Virus record (IMG/VR): IMGVR_UViG_3300037180_000017
Span: 1 to 56,476 of that record
Source of the DNA: a virus
Lineage: Duplodnaviria > Caudoviricetes
Strand: one strand, 5' to 3'
Length of the DNA stretch: 56,476 nucleotides
The notes below the pieces were generated by a model. That model saw only the letters and a list, made by a program, of their open reading frames with translations, had not been told where the DNA came from and did no database searches. This document shows, in pieces, positions 46,086 through 55,073 of this stretch (positions are counted from its first letter, which is position 1; the number at the start of each line of letters is the position of its first letter). The position numbers and the translations under genes were made by a program.

Positions 46086-47225
46086 ATGGCCATTGACCTT
46101 CAAAAAGCACTTCGTCTTGACATCCCTCGTAAACGTTTCACGGAGAAAACCGGATATCCCAAGTTCCGTGATTCTGGAAAAGTAGGGGTGTGGAATTTAT
46201 TCCGCGACGGAGTAACTTCCAGCTTTCTTGACCTGTGGATGACGTGCGAAGAGCAGGCTCGACTCGCCTATGTGGAGGGCTGGACCGGGCGGCTGACTCC
46301 GATGGGGATTGCATTTGGATCATGCGTGCATGATTGTCTTTATCGAGGTTATAGCCGCATCATCAAAACGCCGTCGCTCTTGGCCACGTTCCAAACTAAC
46401 TGCGCCGGGCTGGTTAAAGAATGTGAAGTGGCTTGGAAAGCCGAAAGCCCTGACGCCCCTACCGAACAAGTTCAAATCCAAGAACTGGTGTATGGTTATG
46501 CGGAGTGTGTATTGCCGGCTTATTTTCGGCGCTGGGACGGTGATTTCACCGGCAAGTATAGCTTCATGGAGAATCCGTCAATTCATCCCAAGTCGTTTGT
46601 GTCTCTAGAAGAACAATTTAGCGTTCCTTACGTTTATCCGGACGGCGTCATAGTCCCTCTTTGTGGTCAGCGGGATATGGTGTTTACGACCAAGACCGAT
46701 AAAGAGATGATCCAAGACACCAAATGTCTCAGCATCATCAACGATAAAGAGATCATGGACCTCTTCCCGACTGATCTTCAGCAGAACATTTACATGCTGG
46801 CACGAGCTATTGAGACGGGGAAAATGCCCGAGGGATCAGTGAAGAACATTTTGCGTCGTCCAGGCCATCGGCGCAGCAAGAAAGGCGGCATCGAGGAGCC
46901 ACTGCCTCAGTTCTTTGCCCGCATCAAGCAGAGTGTGGACGATGTGAACCAGTGGGATATGAAGGGTGAGGAAACGACTGGATGGTTCGTGCGGTTTAAC
47001 ATGCTGGTGACACCAGACGAAGTGCTGCATTGGAAAGCTACTCGGCTCGATCCGATCATGGACGACCTGCGGATGTGGGCCACCGGCAAGCGGCCACACT
47101 ATCCCAGAGATCGCCATGCGGTGACAAAATACGGTCGGTGCGGCATGTACGGCCCGCTGATTAAGAATGATTTCACGCATGTATATCAACGGTCTAGTCC
47201 GTTCCCGGAACTGGAAGTAGTTTAA
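46086..47225 (+). CDS. PD-(D/E)XK (RecB-like) exonuclease
   Basis: 'FGSCVHDCL', 'LEEQF', 'GQRDMV', 'IQDTK', 'QQNIY'. Confidence 0.85.
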   Translation: MAIDLQKALRLDIPRKRFTEKTGYPKFRDSGKVGVWNLFRDGVTSSFLDLWMTCEEQARLAYVEGWTGRLTPMGIAFGSCVHDCLYRGYSRIIKTPSLLATFQTNCAGLVKECEVAWKAESPDAPTEQVQIQELVYGYAECVLPAYFRRWDGDFTGKYSFMENPSIHPKSFVSLEEQFSVPYVYPDGVIVPLCGQRDMVFTTKTDKEMIQDTKCLSIINDKEIMDLFPTDLQQNIYMLARAIETGKMPEGSVKNILRRPGHRRSKKGGIEEPLPQFFARIKQSVDDVNQWDMKGEETTGWFVRFNMLVTPDEVLHWKATRLDPIMDDLRMWATGKRPHYPRDRHAVTKYGRCGMYGPLIKNDFTHVYQRSSPFPELEVV

Positions 47226-47236
47226 CAAGGAGCACC

Positions 47237-47524
47237 ATGTTCATTTGTGTGAAGCACATCGACGTTCGCAAAGAAGACCTTCCCCAGTCAGACGCCTATA
47301 TTCGCGCCGACGAGATCGCCATCATCAACCACGGGACGATCTTGTTGAACGCTCAAGAACGGGAAGGAATGGGAAGACATTTCATTCCGCGGGAAAAGAT
47401 AATCACCAACATTCTGATGAAGAACGGGGCGACAATTCCGGTCGCTGATCCCATCGACCATGTGATGGTGCGGGTTGATAACGTTCTGAAAGCTGCGGGG
47501 ATGTCCGTTGAAAAGAGAGACTAA
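47237..47524 (+). CDS. Hypothetical protein
   Basis: AAGGAG SD. Confidence 0.65.
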   Translation: MFICVKHIDVRKEDLPQSDAYIRADEIAIINHGTILLNAQEREGMGRHFIPREKIITNILMKNGATIPVADPIDHVMVRVDNVLKAAGMSVEKRD

Positions 47525-48459
47525 TGCCACAAGTAACTCGTTCCACCGTCAAGCCGGTTGGGAAATCTGAAGCTCAGATTGTCGTCGCCGATCCTATCAA
47601 GGTCGATTTACTTTCTGGTCCCGAGGAGCGTGCTTGGGGCTTCAACGACATTCATTGCCTGATCGTAGGAGAGCCAGGGAGCGGTAAGACCACTCTCGGC
47701 GCTCAGGAAGAGGGCGTTTTGAGCTTGTCATTCGACCCGGTGAATCCATCATACGATTCATTCTTGGCCCAGCGATACATTCCCAACTGGGATACTCTCG
47801 TGGCCTATCTCACGGGCTTTGAGAAGATCGTTAAAAGCGGTAAGGAATTTCCATGGACCAGGATTCAGATCGACGGATGCGGTGCAATGGCAATGGAATG
47901 TCAGCGATCCGTGCAGAAGAAATACGGAGTCACGCATGTGCGTCATGTGGGCTATGCGGAAGGTTTTGATGTCATGCACTTTGGATTTGCCGATGTAGTT
48001 AATCGCTTCATGGCACTTCCATGCGGGATGTGGTTCATCGCCCATGTGAAGGACAAGGAAATTCAAACCCGCGATGGGCGTAAGCTCGAAAGGGCTTCTC
48101 CAGAAATCAAGGGCAAGATGGAAGGGATATTGGTTTCTCGCTGTCACTTGGTTGTGAACATCGAATATCTGCCGGGCGGCAGTAAGTCCCGAATTGCCAC
48201 GATTCGCGGGGATGAATCTACGGTTGCCAAATGCAACATGGACAGCCGCTTCCTCACGTCCGCATCTCCATACCCGCAATTATCTGGCGGCCGACAGGTC
48301 CAGGAAATCGTGCTTGGCAGCAGCGGACCGAAGGACGCTTGGTTGAAATTTCAACGCGCATTTAACAACCAGCAACAATGGGCGAATTATGATGAGATGA
48401 AGAAAATCGTTGAAATTCAAAAGCAGCGAAAGGAGGCCAAGGCACAACAGCAAACTTAA
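47524..48459 (+). CDS. AAA_24/Sak4-like recombination ATPase
   Basis: 'GEPGSGKTT', 'IQIDG', 'FIAH'; sits between exonuclease and SSB. Confidence 0.85.
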   Translation: MPQVTRSTVKPVGKSEAQIVVADPIKVDLLSGPEERAWGFNDIHCLIVGEPGSGKTTLGAQEEGVLSLSFDPVNPSYDSFLAQRYIPNWDTLVAYLTGFEKIVKSGKEFPWTRIQIDGCGAMAMECQRSVQKKYGVTHVRHVGYAEGFDVMHFGFADVVNRFMALPCGMWFIAHVKDKEIQTRDGRKLERASPEIKGKMEGILVSRCHLVVNIEYLPGGSKSRIATIRGDESTVAKCNMDSRFLTSASPYPQLSGGRQVQEIVLGSSGPKDAWLKFQRAFNNQQQWANYDEMKKIVEIQKQRKEAKAQQQT

Positions 48460-48599
48460 GAATGATGGTTTTATCTCCAAAAATTCTGGAGAGGCATTCA
48501 CGTCTCTGGAAGAACGCTAAATTTAAGCGGCTACGTTGCAGCTTGGCGGCTCTGTGGACTAGATGCCAGATGGGATTGTTTTTTCAAGGAACATTGGAC

Positions 48600-49526
48600 A
48601 TGGCAAAACAACAAACGCCAAAATCGGTGTTCGCCAAGCAGTTGGCGGGCATGAAAGAAACATGGAACAAAACCCGTGGTGAGGCGGCCAAGGGCCGTGT
48701 GGAAGTGCCACTGGGCCGAGGATACATCTGCCGCGTGAAAACGGCTCGGCTTGCGGAATATGATCTCAAGGACGAAGACAATAAGTCAACGGGCGAAAAA
48801 TGCCTTGGCGCATTTTTACAGTTCATCGTTCTCAATGATGATTACGCCGGCGAGTCGATCCCTTCATGGCCCAAGTTCGTGTCGGAAGATCGTGTGGAAG
48901 CGTTTCAGCGCGATCTGGTCGCTTTGGGCGTGGCGATCGAAGATGTTGATATGGATAATCTGGAGACGGTCTTGGCCGAACTCCAGCGCACAAAGCCCGG
49001 TTGCAAAATCGACATTGTTTCCGGTAAATGGGAAAATTCTCGCTTCGTCAACATCAAAACCGGGCTGACCGAAGATCAACTTACGGCGATGGGTCTGAAT
49101 GGTGCATCGGAAAGCGAACCCGAAAGGGAACCGACCGCCCCCGAGCCGGAAACGGTGGAAGCGCCGTCCCCAGCGCCGGCGCGTCGTCGTGCCGCCGCTG
49201 CGCCCACGTCCGCACCCGCACCCGCTACTCAAGTCAGCGGCAAGCCTCCCGGTCGTAGTAAGCCCCCCAATAAACCCGCTCCTGCTCCAGACCCCGACGA
49301 ACCGGAAGAAGTGATTGAAGAAACTGTCGAGGAAGAGCCGGAAACGGTCCAAGAGGAAGCCGAGATCGTTGTCGGTAGCCAAGTACAGTGGCAGTCCAAG
49401 GGCAAGGTCAAGACCGGCGTAGTGGTCAAGATCGACGATGCCAAGGGCTACGTCGTGCGCGAAGACGGCGCAACGACCCAGTATATTATCAAGTTCGACT
49501 GGCCAAGCCTTGCAATCATCAGCTAA
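48600..49526 (+). CDS. Putative ssDNA-binding protein (DUF669-like) with Pro/Glu linker and SH3-like tail
   Basis: 'VPLGRGYICRV', 'LQFIVL..DYAG'; follows the Sak4-like gene; AAGGA SD. Confidence 0.65.
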   Translation: MAKQQTPKSVFAKQLAGMKETWNKTRGEAAKGRVEVPLGRGYICRVKTARLAEYDLKDEDNKSTGEKCLGAFLQFIVLNDDYAGESIPSWPKFVSEDRVEAFQRDLVALGVAIEDVDMDNLETVLAELQRTKPGCKIDIVSGKWENSRFVNIKTGLTEDQLTAMGLNGASESEPEREPTAPEPETVEAPSPAPARRRAAAAPTSAPAPATQVSGKPPGRSKPPNKPAPAPDPDEPEEVIEETVEEEPETVQEEAEIVVGSQVQWQSKGKVKTGVVVKIDDAKGYVVREDGATTQYIIKFDWPSLAIIS

Positions 49527-49540
49527 TTGTAACGCTGCTT

Positions 49541-49579
49541 GGGGCTTCCGGGCTGAATAAGTCCGGGAGCCTCTTTTCT
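49541..49579 (+). terminator. Intrinsic terminator
   Basis: GGGGCTTCCGGGCT-GAATA-AGTCCGGGAGCCTC followed by TTTTCT. Confidence 0.8.
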
Positions 49580-49593
49580 GGAAGGATTATATA

Positions 49594-49860
49594 ATGATGA
49601 CAACACTTGAAGCGGTAAGTCATTTCACAGGTGAAGCGAGCAAGATACGAAAGATATTTGCATTAGTGAGATGTGACTGCGGAAAGGAGTTTCATTATCC
49701 GTGGTACACTTCGGTAGTCGTATGTCCTCGTTGTCGTCAGCAAGTCACAAGCTTAACGATGTCAAAACTATTCACTGTGGATGGTGAAAAAGTACCCGAA
49801 TCTACGGGGATGCCTGTGATACCGGCTTTGGAAAACACGCATTTGACATCGACTACATAA
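49594..49860 (+). CDS. Zn-ribbon protein
   Basis: CDCG...CPRC. Confidence 0.6.
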   Translation: MMTTLEAVSHFTGEASKIRKIFALVRCDCGKEFHYPWYTSVVVCPRCRQQVTSLTMSKLFTVDGEKVPESTGMPVIPALENTHLTSTT

Positions 49861-49871
49861 GTAGTTACATT
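49843..49871 (+). promoter_or_regulatory. Promoter of polA operon
   Basis: TTGACA-N17-TACATT. Confidence 0.6.
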
Positions 49872-49994
49872 GATGTGTCGCACGGAAGGAATCCGAACGT
49901 CGGCAAAACGCTCTGAGCATTTCCGATCACCCGTGCAGGACAATTAAGACGGCGTTAGGGCAATTACGCCCCCGGCCTTACACGGGATGACGCA

Positions 49995-52184
49995 ATGGCG
50001 ATTTTGATTCCAAAGCATCGACACTTCATTGACGGCGCTCGGATATTTTATGACACAGAAACCACAGGAAAGTATGCGTGGAAGGGTGATCGACCTTTTG
50101 CGTTCTCTTTCTATAACGAAGCTGGCGACAGTAAAACATTTGAGTTTGAAGTTGATCCCCTCACACGCAAACCAACAATAGTTCCAAAAATTCTGGAATC
50201 CGTCAAACGTCTCATGGAAGACGATACGGTTGCTAAAGCCGGATTTAACGAACCGTTTGACGCTGCAATGTTGTCGATCCCTCATGGAATCACGGTACGC
50301 GGACGCCGCGACGACGTGATGTGGATGTCTCAGATCTGCAACTCTGCCGAGCATAAACACGCTCTGAAACCCCTTGCCGATAAATACACCAAGAACTTAA
50401 CGGGTGAGCTTCGCCTGGATACTGACGATGAAGAAGAGCTTGGCATCGCGGTTAAGGCTTGCCGATTACAAGTCCGTAAGCTCGGATGGAAGATCGCCAA
50501 GGAAGAAACCGGGGAAGGTAAGGACGACAAGGTTTACAAAGCCGATTACTGGCTTCCTGCCGCCGTATCTCGATTAGCCCCTCCAGAAGTACGTAGACCG
50601 CTTCTGGCACGGTTCCCCAGATTATCCACGCTCGCTAATGTCTATGCAACAAAAGATTCTTTGCGAACAATGCTTCTGTTTTTCATGTTTTGCAATGTCA
50701 TGGATGAGGAAAATTTGTGGGAAGTATATGAGCGGGAAATACGCATGGCCCCGGTAACACAGCGGTCGGAGCGGGTGGGCATGAGAATCTTTCCAGAACG
50801 GTGCGATCTTCTGGGAAGAGAATGTCAGACTCGAATGCGTGATCTTCGCATTGAACTCTCCAGAATTTTTGGAGATTTCAATGCTGAGGTTCCTGGAAGT
50901 CGTATTGCTAAATTCATGCACAGTCCCAAGCCGGATGGTCTTGGTTTGCCGGTTCTATCTCGAACGGAAAAGACCCATGATCCGTCCACAAATAAGCAAA
51001 CTCTTGAGTGGATGATACCGCTCGTGGATGCTGTAACTGGGGAAGATAAAAATCCGCTTCGTAAAAATCTTGAGTTTGATCGTCACAATAAGGTGTGGAA
51101 TCACTACATCCGGAAGTTTCAGTCTCATGCTGTTGCTGACGGGTCGGGACAGTTAATTATTCATACTAACTTTCGACAGATTGGAGCAACTACCGGGCGC
51201 ATGAGCATCAGCGGTATTCCACTTCATCAGATACCTAAACGGGCTAAAGAAGGCGACATAATGAAGCGGGCGAGATATCCGCTTGGACCGCGTAAGGGAT
51301 GTGTGTGGATTCACAACGACTTCAAAAGCATTGAACCGCGTATATTGGCTGAAGAGGCGGACGAGAAAGATATCCTTCGGGTATTTAATGATGGCGAAAT
51401 CTGTAACTCTGTTGAAGGTGGATGGACGCACGACCCGTATGAGATTCTTGTGGATCGTGTAGCCTTTGCGACTAAAAAAACGCGGGAATATCTGGACGGG
51501 TTGTTTGAGGCTCGCGGTGGCGCTCGTCAAGTCTGCAAGATCAACTTCCTTGGATGGACCTATGGAGAGGGGATACGAGCATTGGCTGGTCAGATGGGCT
51601 GCTCTTACGACGAAGCCGCTCAGATTATCCACGCACTTCAAACAGCATTTGGCGGTGTTGGACCGTTCATGCAGCAAATGCAGCGCATCGCAGAACGAGA
51701 TGGATTTATTCGCAACCGCTACGGGCGTAAGTGCATGATTCCGCGACCGGCCCGTATCTGGGATGGTGAGTCGGAGGCGTGGGTCTGGGTCAAGTTCTGG
51801 TACAAAGCAACCAATTATTTAATCCAGGGAACTGCCGCCGATATGTTAAAAGAAGCGGCTATTCGTCTGGGTGGGGAAGCTCGTTATTACGACCGTGGTG
51901 GGACACGGCACGAATGCTCCGGGGGCTATCTCAAAGGCTCTGGTGCTGAAATACTTTTGTATATTCACGATGAGGTCATTACGGAAGTCCCTATCAAGCT
52001 GGCGGTCGGCAATGAGAAATTCGTGCGCGGCATCGGAGACTGTATGGCTGACAACCAAGGACGATTCACCAAGGTTGCAACTCCAGTGGATACTAAGGTG
52101 ACTTGGAACTCGTGGAGCGATCCTGAGCCAGTTGAAACATTATGGGGAGCGTCCAAAGAACAACCTCAGTTAGTGGAGGCGTAA
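49995..52184 (+). CDS. polA: DNA polymerase family A with 3'-5' exonuclease
   Basis: Exo 'YDTETTG', 'FNEPFD', 'YATKD'; 'TTGRMS'; motif A 'DFKSIEPR', B 'RQVCKINFLGWTYG', C 'IHDEV'; 'NYLIQGTAAD'. Confidence 0.95.
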   Translation: MAILIPKHRHFIDGARIFYDTETTGKYAWKGDRPFAFSFYNEAGDSKTFEFEVDPLTRKPTIVPKILESVKRLMEDDTVAKAGFNEPFDAAMLSIPHGITVRGRRDDVMWMSQICNSAEHKHALKPLADKYTKNLTGELRLDTDDEEELGIAVKACRLQVRKLGWKIAKEETGEGKDDKVYKADYWLPAAVSRLAPPEVRRPLLARFPRLSTLANVYATKDSLRTMLLFFMFCNVMDEENLWEVYEREIRMAPVTQRSERVGMRIFPERCDLLGRECQTRMRDLRIELSRIFGDFNAEVPGSRIAKFMHSPKPDGLGLPVLSRTEKTHDPSTNKQTLEWMIPLVDAVTGEDKNPLRKNLEFDRHNKVWNHYIRKFQSHAVADGSGQLIIHTNFRQIGATTGRMSISGIPLHQIPKRAKEGDIMKRARYPLGPRKGCVWIHNDFKSIEPRILAEEADEKDILRVFNDGEICNSVEGGWTHDPYEILVDRVAFATKKTREYLDGLFEARGGARQVCKINFLGWTYGEGIRALAGQMGCSYDEAAQIIHALQTAFGGVGPFMQQMQRIAERDGFIRNRYGRKCMIPRPARIWDGESEAWVWVKFWYKATNYLIQGTAADMLKEAAIRLGGEARYYDRGGTRHECSGGYLKGSGAEILLYIHDEVITEVPIKLAVGNEKFVRGIGDCMADNQGRFTKVATPVDTKVTWNSWSDPEPVETLWGASKEQPQLVEA

Positions 52185-52477
52185 TGAGTAAAAACTGCAT
52201 ATCATGTCAGATTAAAAAGCGCCATATTCCGGATCAGTATTGTAAAGAATGTCGTCTATGCCGCGATCTAATGCGTGAACTGGGGTTGTGGCGTATTACA
52301 CCGGATAATTCGATACCGCCCGGCTTTATATCCACCAAATTAGGCATCAAGCTCGATGAAGCTCAATTCATAACGCTTGCGACCGCATTTCGTATTGACT
52401 GCAAACAGCTTTACGTTTTTGTTCCTTTTTCTATGCGATATAGTGGATTCATGGAAAGGACGACCAGTGTTTCTTAA
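52184..52477 (+). CDS. Small Cys-containing protein
   Basis: GGAGG SD; TAATG overlap; CISC...CKEC. Confidence 0.55.
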   Translation: MSKNCISCQIKKRHIPDQYCKECRLCRDLMRELGLWRITPDNSIPPGFISTKLGIKLDEAQFITLATAFRIDCKQLYVFVPFSMRYSGFMERTTSVS

Positions 52478-52612
52478 TGCCGGAAAGCCGATCGATTTCA
52501 TTCCTTCCCCAGAGGTTATGGTGAAGTGAACACATATCGGTTTGATGAAAAGCTTAAAGAGTATCGTTACCACGGGAAGCGTCGTATCAAAGAAAGGTAA
52601 TGCGGAGATGTT

Positions 52613-54694
52613 ATGCCGACGACGGAGCGCAGAATGGAAGCAGTTAAAGATTTCCGGGCCACGTTTGAGTGCATGGGTGTTGATCTTGGAGAAGTGATAA
52701 ATGACAATTCCAGATGCGACTGTCCGTTTTGCGGAAAGACGCATCATTTTTATGTAAATGTGGTGACTGGGCAGTATGATTGCAAAGTGTGTTTCCGGGA
52801 AGGGAACGCGTTTACTTTTCTTCGAGAGCTTACCGAGCATTTTGCCGAACTGACTACGCCGGCTAAATATAGAGAGCTTGCTGATGATCGCGGCATTCCC
52901 CCAGAAGCGTTTCCAGAATGGAAAGTTGCATGGAATCCGCTCACTAAAGAGTGGTTGATTCCCGTTTATAACGAGAAGGAAACTGTCCGGGATGTTCAGC
53001 GGTGGTCTGGAAAAAACACCATTGCAACAGACGGATGCACATTACAACTTGGGGGTTTGTGGTCGCTCACTCACGCAAAAGATGTTCGCAAGCGACGGAC
53101 CTTCCTTTGCGAAGGCGCGTGGGATGGGATTGCTCTAAAGTGGTTGCTGAAAGAGTGCGGATCATCCGATGTGGTTGTGTGGTGCCCGGGGGCTGGATCG
53201 TTGAAAAAAGAATGGGTAGGCTGGTTTCGTGATCTGGACGTGGTGTGGATGTTCGACAACGATCAAGCGGGCGATACAGGATCATTGAAAGGGTCGGAGA
53301 AGCTAAATGGTGTCGCTCGCCGACAAAGTTTTCTGTCTTGGCCTGAAACGAAGCCTAAAGGTTGGGATATTCGGGATCATATCAAGGATGGGTTGGAAAA
53401 GCGGTTTGACCCAAGGATGATCTTGACTGATCTTGAAGCATTGATTGGCCCGCAGCATCGCCGAGCTTTGTCTGAAGGTAATCCTCGAACTGTGGCGACG
53501 GCTTCTCGATTGGATTCAGAGATTGGATCGCCATGTACATTCAGCGAAGTGCTGTCTGTATTCAAAAAATGGGTATACCCCATGAGTCGGGATTTCATGG
53601 ACTGTCTGGCAACGGCCTTGGCCGTATCTTTGGGGGGGAATTTACCGGGCGTTCCGCTCTGGTTTTATATGATCGCCCCAGCAAGCAGCGGCAAGTCAAA
53701 GATTCTCTGCTCCATGATCAAATCCCCTAAATGTTCGTTTCACTCCACGTTCAAAGCTACGTCTCTAGTGTCTGGATTCGTGCGTGATCCTGATCCTTCT
53801 TTACTTCCCCGGCTCAATGGATTGACCGCGATTCTGAAAGATGGCACGGAGATTTTGGGGTTGAAGCCAGATGAGCGCAAAGAGCTTTATGCTACGCTTC
53901 GTGGTGCTTTTGACGGGCGCGTGGATCGTCCTTATGGGAACGCCATCACAAGAACATATGATAATTTGAAATTCAACATGCTTATTGGGACCACTCCTGC
54001 TGTGCGAGCGGACAGCGAAGCGAGCCGGGGAGAGCGGTTCTTGAACATCGAACTTCGGGAGACAGTCGATAATATTAAAGAGACGACATACAAGGTACTC
54101 CAAAACCAAGCATACACCCTTCAGATGGAACAAGAACTGACAGACGTGGTTGCTCGATTTCTAAATCGAGATGTTTCCCAGGAACTTCTTCCGAAAGTGC
54201 CCGATAATTATGTTCACCGTATTGTGGCCATGTCTCAACTAATCGCGCTGATGAGAGCGCAAGTGGAACGTAATCCGCGGAACAACGTCATTCTCTATCG
54301 CGCCGGCGCTGAACTACCGTATCGAGTCGCCAGTCAGCTTCAAATCTACGCTCAGCTACTTGCGATCGTGTATGCGAAAGTAGTCGTCGGCGACGATATC
54401 ATGCGGTTGCTCCGCAAGGTCATGGCCGATACTTGTGTGGGGTTCCATGTAGATATTCTCAAGAGTCTGATCCGTAACAAGAATGAGATGATGACGCCGG
54501 CCGATCTTTGTAAGACCAGTCGCATGACCTATGAGACTCTAAACATGCGTCTCGCGGACATGGCCGAGCTAGGCATTGTGAGTAAAATTATCGTGCCTTC
54601 ATCTTCTGGAAAGGGATGGGGATCGGAAAGATATCTTCTGACCGACCATGTGATGAATCTCTGGAAGCAGGCCGAAGATGGAATCCCACGCTGA
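52613..54694 (+). CDS. Primase-helicase (Zn finger + TOPRIM + AAA-type helicase)
   Basis: CPFC..H..CKVC, 'LCEGAWDG', 'FDNDQAG', Walker A 'APASSGKS'. Confidence 0.9.
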   Translation: MPTTERRMEAVKDFRATFECMGVDLGEVINDNSRCDCPFCGKTHHFYVNVVTGQYDCKVCFREGNAFTFLRELTEHFAELTTPAKYRELADDRGIPPEAFPEWKVAWNPLTKEWLIPVYNEKETVRDVQRWSGKNTIATDGCTLQLGGLWSLTHAKDVRKRRTFLCEGAWDGIALKWLLKECGSSDVVVWCPGAGSLKKEWVGWFRDLDVVWMFDNDQAGDTGSLKGSEKLNGVARRQSFLSWPETKPKGWDIRDHIKDGLEKRFDPRMILTDLEALIGPQHRRALSEGNPRTVATASRLDSEIGSPCTFSEVLSVFKKWVYPMSRDFMDCLATALAVSLGGNLPGVPLWFYMIAPASSGKSKILCSMIKSPKCSFHSTFKATSLVSGFVRDPDPSLLPRLNGLTAILKDGTEILGLKPDERKELYATLRGAFDGRVDRPYGNAITRTYDNLKFNMLIGTTPAVRADSEASRGERFLNIELRETVDNIKETTYKVLQNQAYTLQMEQELTDVVARFLNRDVSQELLPKVPDNYVHRIVAMSQLIALMRAQVERNPRNNVILYRAGAELPYRVASQLQIYAQLLAIVYAKVVVGDDIMRLLRKVMADTCVGFHVDILKSLIRNKNEMMTPADLCKTSRMTYETLNMRLADMAELGIVSKIIVPSSSGKGWGSERYLLTDHVMNLWKQAEDGIPR

Positions 54695-55010
54695 ATGCAA
54701 CCCATTCAACTTGCCGCCATATCTTGCTGCCGTCGAGGCCATATCCGCCGTTCGAGATATGGTTGTAAGCCGTCCTGATATCCATACCGCTTTGGAAGGG
54801 GTGGGTTTTCTGTTCAGATTTTTATGTGCGTGTCCGGAGGCTTACGCCACGATCGTAGATACGATGCCGGAAGGGAGTGTGAAGGGAAAGCTCTATACCA
54901 TCAGTCATGAAATGGCGATGCGAGCCGTTAAACATACCCGGTCGTGTTTATGGTATGCGGTGTTCTTAGGAGCGGATCCGGCCAAGATCGAAAAGGCATG
55001 GCTGAACTGA
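54678..55010 (+). CDS. Hypothetical protein
   Basis: Overlaps the primase stop; last plus-strand gene. Confidence 0.55.
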   Translation: MESHAECNPFNLPPYLAAVEAISAVRDMVVSRPDIHTALEGVGFLFRFLCACPEAYATIVDTMPEGSVKGKLYTISHEMAMRAVKHTRSCLWYAVFLGADPAKIEKAWLN

Positions 55011-55073
55011 TATGTGAAACAGAGGGGTGAGGTTAGTTTACGCAAACGTTTGCAATCCATGCGGCTAGTGATT

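Noticed and set aside
46086-47225. Cas4 or CRISPR-associated nuclease
   Set aside because: Context (Sak4-like ATPase, SSB) indicates a recombination exonuclease; no cas genes or array.
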